From NCBI GenBank assembly GCA_963713975.1, contig OY970218.1, positions 3,456,001 through 3,520,000 on the forward strand: a stretch of DNA of 64,000 nt, in the 5' to 3' direction. Numbering within the stretch: position 1 is the first letter of the stretch; the number at the start of each line of letters is the position of its first letter. A model generated the notes under the pieces. It searched no databases. It worked only from the letters and a program-made list of their open reading frames with translations, and was not told the DNA's origin. Source of the stretch: an uncultured Chloroflexia bacterium. Lineage in GTDB: Bacteria > Chloroflexota > Limnocylindria > Limnocylindrales > CSP1-4. This document shows positions 57,962-64,000 of this stretch, piece after piece. Made by a program: the position numbers and the translations under genes.

Positions 57962-59536
57962 TCACCGGCACGCCATGGGGTACGGTCCGTCCGTCGGGCT
58001 CCGCGTCTTCCCGCCGTACTTGTCGGTGGTCACGGCGTAGAGGGTGAGCTGGCTGCCCTTCGAGAAGGTATTGCCGTTGAACGTGGCGGTCGTGCCCACG
58101 TAATTGTTGAAGTTCCCGTTGCGCTTTGCTGTGACCGTACCCGAGATCGACACGGCACCTGTCGGGTTGGTGAGTTTCCAGTGGAAGACCACCCTGAGCC
58201 CGTATTCCGGCTGGTCACGGTCATCCGCGTAGGTGCCGATTGGGATCCTCGCCGCGGCCGTGCACGGGTAGACCTCGCTCGTCGGGAACACGTTATCGAA
58301 CTGGGCCTCGGTGTCACAGCGCTTGATCGTGATCGACTTCGTGCTCGTCTGGCTGGCCTTGTTCGTGTCGTCGACCGCCTTGATGTACCACTTGAGGCTG
58401 CCCGTGGGCGGATTGGGGATCGTGATCTTGTCGCCCAGGGTGTCCAGGTTGGCGTACCACTTGCCGGCGAGCGTCTGGTTGTCCATCGGCTTCGACGACC
58501 AGCTCGTGCTGCCCGGACGGCGGTAGAACAGCGTGACCGACTTGACCCCGTCACCGTCCTTCACGGCGGCCGTGATGTCGGTGGCCGTCTGGCAGTTGCC
58601 GGGTGCCCCCAGCGGGTCCCAGGACAGCGACGAACCCGAGGAGGACTTGACCGCGGTGATCGTCGGGCCCTCGTTGACGCAGACGGCGACCGTGATCGAG
58701 TCGGAACCACCCGAAGGGAGCCGCCTGGTCTCCCCCGCCGTGTCCGTGGCGACCGCGTAGTAGGCGAGCTTGCCGGCCTTGGTGATCCCGTCCGAGGTCG
58801 TGTCCAGCGTGGCCTGCCACGTCCCGCTCTTCGCGGTTCCGGCCGTCCGGGTCATCGTCGCCTGGGCATAGCCCGTGGCCCCCGGCTTGCGCCAGAACAG
58901 CGTGACCCGGTCGAGGCCCGTGCCGTCCTCGGCCTGGATCCTGAACGTGACCTTCTTGACCGCCGTCCTGCAGTAGGCGCCCGTGTCGTAGCTGATCTTG
59001 CCGGTGGACGCCGTGAGGGCCGTCAGCGACGGCCTCGCGTTGGGCGTTGCCGACGGCGCGCTCGTCGGCGTCGCGGTCGGCGCCGTAGAGGGCGGCGCGG
59101 AGGGCGGGTTGGCGGCGACGGCGGTGAACGACTCCGTGGGTCCCAGCGCCACCAGCGGCGCGCCTGGCTCCGGCGCACACTCTGCCACGGGGAGGCTCGC
59201 CACGGCCCCATCCACCGTCAGCGGCGACCGCTCGACCCAGCCCTCGGACCGCCCGGGCAGTGGTACGTGGATCCGCAGCCACGCGCCGTCCTCGGTCCGG
59301 CCGGTGGCCAGCACCTTCTGGCCCGCCTGGACCATGACCAGCGCGGGGCCCGTCTCGGGGCACGGGTAGACGGCCAGGCGGCCGGTGGCACTCCCTTGCT
59401 GGGAGCCGGTGGCGCCGGCCGCGAGCCCGCCCCCGAGGGTGCCGACCACGATCCCCCCGACGACCAGCGCGGCCGCAGTCCCAGGCCCGCCCAGGCTCGC
59501 GACGGCGCGACCCAACGCCACCCCGATCGCGCTCAT
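57962..59536 (-). CDS. Exported protein with an SH3-like domain and tandem Ig-like repeats
   Basis: TM segment, ATGRTEDGAWLRI...EGWV (SH3b-like), Pro/Thr linker, repeats DGTGLDRVTLFWRKPG / DGDGVKSVTLFYRRPG; an alternative start lies at 59587. Confidence 0.6.
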   Translation of the reverse strand: MSAIGVALGRAVASLGGPGTAAALVVGGIVVGTLGGGLAAGATGSQQGSATGRLAVYPCPETGPALVMVQAGQKVLATGRTEDGAWLRIHVPLPGRSEGWVERSPLTVDGAVASLPVAECAPEPGAPLVALGPTESFTAVAANPPSAPPSTAPTATPTSAPSATPNARPSLTALTASTGKISYDTGAYCRTAVKKVTFRIQAEDGTGLDRVTLFWRKPGATGYAQATMTRTAGTAKSGTWQATLDTTSDGITKAGKLAYYAVATDTAGETRRLPSGGSDSITVAVCVNEGPTITAVKSSSGSSLSWDPLGAPGNCQTATDITAAVKDGDGVKSVTLFYRRPGSTSWSSKPMDNQTLAGKWYANLDTLGDKITIPNPPTGSLKWYIKAVDDTNKASQTSTKSITIKRCDTEAQFDNVFPTSEVYPCTAAARIPIGTYADDRDQPEYGLRVVFHWKLTNPTGAVSISGTVTAKRNGNFNNYVGTTATFNGNTFSKGSQLTLYAVTTDKYGGKTRSPTDGPYPMACR

Positions 59537-59603
59537 ATTGTGGCCCGAGGACGCATAGCCGTGTGTCTCCTGCGGCAGGATAGGCACAGCGCGGGGTGAT
59601 CGG

Positions 59604-60740
59604 TCAAGACCCCGGTACTCCCAGGACCACGATCTCGCTCAGTGCAGCATCGTCGAACGGCGTCCCCGACACGGACGTCTTGGCGGCCGCGTAAGTGGAG
59701 ACGATCGTGATCCGCAGGGTGGTGGCCGCGTCCGTCGCGGGCAGCTTGATCCGCTGAGGCTCGGGCGTATCGTCGAGGCGGACCTCGACGGGGGCGCCGC
59801 CGTTCACCGAGATCCTTACGTCCTTGAGGCGCCGGTTCCCGCGGTAGAGCGCCTTCGACGCGTTGTAGCCATTCGACAGGATCACCGCGGTCACCCGCGC
59901 GGGCTCGAACGCCACCTCGATCCACTGGCCCTTCTCGACCGTGTCGCCCTCCTGCCAGGCGGTCGCGGGGTCGCCGTCGATGGCGCTGGCCGGCTGGAAG
60001 CGGGCGAGGTCGCCCACGACCGACGAGGCGGTGGCGCCGCTCAGTACGAGCGCAACAGGCTTGGCCGGCGCTCCGGATGCCGGGGCCGATGGAGCGCCGG
60101 ACGCCGCGCTGGAACCGGGCGCGCCCGACGGAGCCTCCCCGGATGCGGTGGCGACGCCGGGCACGCTCGGCCCGCTGGTCGCCTCCGATGCCGGCCCCTC
60201 GCCCTGGAGCAGGAAGCTCGCTCCGACCACGGATGCCCCGATCAGCAGTCCGGCGAACGCCACCAGCACGATCCACCTGCCGAGCCCGCGCGAGGACGGT
60301 TCCTCCGGCTGGGTGCGCACCGTCCGCACGGCGGCGGTCGTGGCAGCGGGCGGCCCGCCGGATGCGGCAACCGCCGCCGCGATCTGCGCCGCGGAGGGCT
60401 GGGCGACGCGCTGTGCATCCGCGAGCTTCGTGCCGCAGGCCTGGCAGAACGTGCGCGACGCCGCGTTCGCGATGCCACAGGCCGGGCACCGGATCAGCCC
60501 GGGATCCTCGACCGGCGCGGGCGCCTCAGCCCGCGGCGGGGCGGGCGCCGCGGGCCCAGGTCCGGGGGCGGCGGTGACGACCGGGACGTCCGGATCGCGG
60601 GGTGATGCAGGCACCAGGACCGCGTCCGTCTCCGGCTCGCCCTCCCACTCGAGGAACGCCCCACAGGAACCGCAGAACTGGTCGCCCGGGACGTTGTGGA
60701 AGCCGCAGCGGCGGCAGATCAGGCGGCTGTCGGCGGTCAC
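59604..60740 (-). CDS. Double zinc-ribbon, TM and discoidin/NADase-type glycan-binding domain protein (CisA-like architecture)
   Basis: CRRCG...FCGSCG and CPACG...FCQACG, TM WIVLVAFAGLLIGASVVG, ASS...AIDGDPATAWQEG...GQWI...NGY. Confidence 0.7.
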   Translation of the reverse strand: MTADSRLICRRCGFHNVPGDQFCGSCGAFLEWEGEPETDAVLVPASPRDPDVPVVTAAPGPGPAAPAPPRAEAPAPVEDPGLIRCPACGIANAASRTFCQACGTKLADAQRVAQPSAAQIAAAVAASGGPPAATTAAVRTVRTQPEEPSSRGLGRWIVLVAFAGLLIGASVVGASFLLQGEGPASEATSGPSVPGVATASGEAPSGAPGSSAASGAPSAPASGAPAKPVALVLSGATASSVVGDLARFQPASAIDGDPATAWQEGDTVEKGQWIEVAFEPARVTAVILSNGYNASKALYRGNRRLKDVRISVNGGAPVEVRLDDTPEPQRIKLPATDAATTLRITIVSTYAAAKTSVSGTPFDDAALSEIVVLGVPGS

Positions 60741-60747
60741 GGTCGGG

Positions 60748-62802
60748 TCACCCCCGGATCACGAGCACGAGCGGGAGATCGACGATGCGGATGATGTCGA
60801 ACCGGGGCGGGACCACCGATCCGCGCGTCACCAGCATCGGCGCGGTCACGGGCGGGGACACGGTCCCGGTCACCGGTTGCGCGATGAGGTCGCGGGGGCC
60901 CGTCCTGTCGTTGTGGAACACCAGCACCGGGACGCGGAACCGGCCGTCGGCGTCCGCCGTCACGTCGCGCAGCCGCGGCGTGATGCCCAGGCTCCAGGAC
61001 AGGCGGACCACCGTGCCGGGCGCGAACCCGCGTCCCTCGGCGATGGTCACGATGCCCGGTGGCCCGATCGGTGGATCGAGCTCCAGCTTCGCCACGAGAG
61101 GCTGGGTCGCACGGCCCCGGAGGCGGACGGTCCGCGGTGAACCCGCGTAGGCGTCGGCGACGGCCAGCGTCCCGGTCCGGGTCCCCTTCGCGGTCGGCTT
61201 GAACACCACGCTCACGCTGCAGGCCTCGTTGCGGGCGAGCCGGCGGCCGGCGCACCCGTCTACGACGATCCGGAAGTCTCCCTTGTCGGCACCCGCCAGG
61301 GACGCCCCGGTGACCGCGAGCGGCGACCAGCCCCCGTTGGCGAGCGTCGCGGCCAGCGGTGTGCTCTCGGTTCCGACGGTCACTGGGCCGAGCTCCAGCA
61401 CCGCCGGGTTGATCACCGGCGACGGTGGCAGGTCCCGCAGGAAGACGTCGAACGCCTGGTTCTCGTCGCCCTTGACCAGGATCGTCGATTCCGAGCCGAA
61501 TGCCGTGTACCGGCCGCCACCGCCGACGCTGAGCCCGTAGGTACGTCCACCTGCCCCCCGCCCTTGCAGGCTGACCGAGACGAGCACGGTCTCGCCGGCG
61601 TCGATGTCACGGATGAAGACCTCCGTTGCGAGGCGCGACAGGGCTGCGGGTGCGATCCGGCCGGCCGTCTCGGGCACGAGATCCGTGGCCGTCGAGGCGA
61701 AGGCGATCATCCGGCCGTCGGGCGTTATCGACGGCTGGCTGCTGGCGCCGCCTGCCGCCCCGCCATCGGGCCGGATGGAGACCATGATCGTGACCCCTGC
61801 CTGCCGATCGCGACGGAACAGCCCTGCGGCGCCCGCCGCCGGCCCATCCACGAGGTTGGTGGAGCCGGACTGGAACGCGACATACCGGCCATCGGCGGCG
61901 ATCGCCGGGTCACGGGCGATCCCGTCCGGCCGGCCACCGCCCACGGCCATCGAGACCTGATCCGTGCGGGCGGCCTCCACGTCGCGCACGTAGACCTGCT
62001 GCCCCGAGCCCGTGTCCGCGTTGACGACGGAGTCGCCCCCATCCGAGACGAACGCGACCAGGTTGCCGTTGCCGGAGATCGACGGCGAGTCGGCGCCGCC
62101 CGCAATGGGCTCGTTGTTGAAGCCCACCGACAGCTGCACGGTGGACCCGCTGCGCCGGTCAAAGCGCAGCACGTCCGCGGCCCCGTCGTCGGTATCGCCC
62201 GGCCAGGAGAACGTGGTCGTGTAGGCGACGTAGCGGCCGTCGGACGATACGGACGCCTGGCCCGCGCCGGCCTGCGGCGTTCCCCGCGAGTTCCGGGACA
62301 CGATCTCCACGTCCCCCGTCTGCCGATCCCAGGCTACGACGAATGCGCCGGGCTTGACCGCCGCGATGGTGGCCGAGGAGGTCACCTGGAACGTGTAGGC
62401 CACGATCCGCCCGTCACCCGAGATGGATGGCTCCGTGGCCGTGCCCTGGAGCTGCACGGACCCGAGAACCGGCCGCGGTGCCCGCGTGGTCTTGCCGCTC
62501 CGCCGGTCGACCACGAAGACGTCGATCGACTGCGCGTCGTCGCCGGCCACGAGATCGGACGCAACCGAGGTGAAGGCGACAAACCTGCCGCTCGTGGACA
62601 TGGACGGCTCGATCGAGCCACCGTTGGGGAAGCCGCCATCCCGGGACCGGGAGAGGAGCGTGGTCGTGCCCGGCGGCGCCGGCAGGGGCGCGGAAGGCGG
62701 CTGGGCACCGACCCGGGCCGGGGTCGGCCGGACGGCCGCGGATGCGCTCGCGGGTGCGGCGGCCACGAGGGCCAGCAGCAGGCCGGCGACCAGAGCTCGC
62801 AT
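60748..62802 (-). CDS. Secreted TolB-like/PD40 beta-propeller protein with ASH (choice-of-anchor D) Ig domains
   Basis: Signal peptide, repeated PSISGDGRxVAF blades, LANGG...CSVSVVFKPTAKGTRTGTL. Confidence 0.8.
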   Translation of the reverse strand: MRALVAGLLLALVAAAPASASAAVRPTPARVGAQPPSAPLPAPPGTTTLLSRSRDGGFPNGGSIEPSMSTSGRFVAFTSVASDLVAGDDAQSIDVFVVDRRSGKTTRAPRPVLGSVQLQGTATEPSISGDGRIVAYTFQVTSSATIAAVKPGAFVVAWDRQTGDVEIVSRNSRGTPQAGAGQASVSSDGRYVAYTTTFSWPGDTDDGAADVLRFDRRSGSTVQLSVGFNNEPIAGGADSPSISGNGNLVAFVSDGGDSVVNADTGSGQQVYVRDVEAARTDQVSMAVGGGRPDGIARDPAIAADGRYVAFQSGSTNLVDGPAAGAAGLFRRDRQAGVTIMVSIRPDGGAAGGASSQPSITPDGRMIAFASTATDLVPETAGRIAPAALSRLATEVFIRDIDAGETVLVSVSLQGRGAGGRTYGLSVGGGGRYTAFGSESTILVKGDENQAFDVFLRDLPPSPVINPAVLELGPVTVGTESTPLAATLANGGWSPLAVTGASLAGADKGDFRIVVDGCAGRRLARNEACSVSVVFKPTAKGTRTGTLAVADAYAGSPRTVRLRGRATQPLVAKLELDPPIGPPGIVTIAEGRGFAPGTVVRLSWSLGITPRLRDVTADADGRFRVPVLVFHNDRTGPRDLIAQPVTGTVSPPVTAPMLVTRGSVVPPRFDIIRIVDLPLVLVIRG

Positions 62803-62813
62803 CGGGCGTGCCC

Positions 62814-64000
62814 TCAGGGCCGCAGGTACCCGGAATAGAGCACCGCCGGATCGCAGGGCTCCGTGGCGATCTCGCAGGCGACCGACAGGTTGAGGCTGTC
62901 ACCCGGTCCCACGACGATCGGGGTGACGAAGTGGAGGTCCCAGTCGCGGAAGTTCTCCAGACGCAGGCGGAAGAGCGGGACGTCATTGCGCAGCACGACG
63001 ATGGCCCCTTCCTGGCCGCGCGGATTGGAGAACACGAAGTCCGTCAGGAAGGCCGTCCCCTTCGGGGCGAAGGTGGGCTGCGAGCCGTTCAGCGTGCCGT
63101 CGACCGGCGAGCCGAGGCCGGGGATCACGACACCGGGATCCGGGGTGGGGCTGGGCGTCACGACCGGGCCCGCGGTCTCTCCGGGCGCCGGTGTGGAGGT
63201 GGGCTCGCCCGGGGGGTCGGTCGCCGCGCCACCGCCATCAGGCCCCATCGTCGGCAGGCCGGCGTTGCCCAGGGCCTCGTTGACGTCGTCCTTGAGGCTG
63301 GCCAGCGGCGAGGCCACGGCCTCGGACGCCGCACTCTCGATCGACGGCTTGAGCAGGAACAGCCAGGCGATCACGAGCAGCACGATCAGCGCCAGCAGCG
63401 CGAGCACGGCCTTGAGGAACCAGGACGGAAGGATCGATTCCTGGAGCAGCGTGCCATCAAGGGTGATCGGCAGCCCGCCCTCGGGCTTGATGAACAGCTG
63501 GAACGGGCGCGTCTTGGGCTGGCCGCGCCAGAAACGCTTGACCGGGCGGACCTTAACCTTCGCGAAGCCGGCCATGCCGGGATCGACGACCACGGCGGGC
63601 GGGTTGACGTCGAACTTCAGCTGGCGGTCCGCGTCGGCGGCCTCGATCTCCGCGGACAGGCGGGTGTTGCCGCGGTTGTCCACAGCGACGTCGTGTGAGC
63701 CGGAACCCGAGCCCCGCGACGTCCGCGGGACCAGCTCCGCGTACGGCTCCGCGAAGGCGCCGACCTCCACCGAGCCCTCCTCCACGGCCGAGCCCGCCGG
63801 GTCCTCGCGCGAGCGCGCCCGCAGTCCGAACGCGACCATGCCGGCCGGCGTGGAGGCGGAGCGCGGCGGCCGGAAGACGGCCTTGGCCTCGCCATCGGCG
63901 CCGGGGAACAGGTTGATGGTCGGCGGCTCGACACTCGCCCAGGCGGCCGCATCCCCCAGCACGTCGAGCGCGAACTCGTCGACGACGCTGCCAGTGTTGC
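62814..64000 (-). CDS. COG1470-like Ig-repeat membrane protein ('hydrolytic protein' type found in actinobacterial eCIS loci); 5' truncated
   Basis: Frame open to the window end (NTGSVVDEFALDVLGDAAAWASVEPPTINLFPG...PPRS), second repeat VDNRGN, TM segment, C-terminal TDFVFSNP...LENFRDWDLHFVTPI. Confidence 0.7.
   Translation of the reverse strand, partial: NTGSVVDEFALDVLGDAAAWASVEPPTINLFPGADGEAKAVFRPPRSASTPAGMVAFGLRARSREDPAGSAVEEGSVEVGAFAEPYAELVPRTSRGSGSGSHDVAVDNRGNTRLSAEIEAADADRQLKFDVNPPAVVVDPGMAGFAKVKVRPVKRFWRGQPKTRPFQLFIKPEGGLPITLDGTLLQESILPSWFLKAVLALLALIVLLVIAWLFLLKPSIESAASEAVASPLASLKDDVNEALGNAGLPTMGPDGGGAATDPPGEPTSTPAPGETAGPVVTPSPTPDPGVVIPGLGSPVDGTLNGSQPTFAPKGTAFLTDFVFSNPRGQEGAIVVLRNDVPLFRLRLENFRDWDLHFVTPIVVGPGDSLNLSVACEIATEPCDPAVLYSGYLRP

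Overview
High-GC bacterial DNA; gene content and style suggest Chloroflexota such as Limnocylindria (inference only). It holds about 45 CDS and no rRNA, tRNA, CRISPR array or transposase that I could see. Left to right: (1) 1-7.3 kb, a DNA defence/repair trio of an AspBHI/MspJI-like modification-dependent nuclease, a UvrD helicase fused to an Fe-S PD-(D/E)XK nuclease, and a NERD-helicase. (2) 12-37 kb, a large inositol/cyclitol catabolic regulon (iolG x2, iolE-like x3, iolH, iolD, iolB, iolA, sugar ABC transporter, LacI) with 6-7 visible operators (GYAATCGATTRC). It is unusual in two ways: a corrinoid protein and a UroD-fold methyltransferase appear co-transcribed with iol genes (possible B12-dependent O-demethylation of methyl-inositols), and a transaldolase-family gene sits between iolB and iolA while iolC and iolJ are absent from the window (possible kinase-free cleavage route). 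(3) A MerR-VWA pair and secreted peptidases. (4) 45-55 kb, a putative nitrogen-control module: amtB without glnK, a 72-aa Cys/His protein, a cytoplasmic kinase with a PtsP-like GAF domain, an OmpR-type regulator and ppc; three promoters share an 11-bp-periodic GCAAC box. (5) 56-64 kb, an operon of membrane-anchored proteins resembling the accessory genes of actinobacterial contractile injection system (eCIS) loci, truncated by the window edge. Start codons were adjusted by eye from the ORF track.
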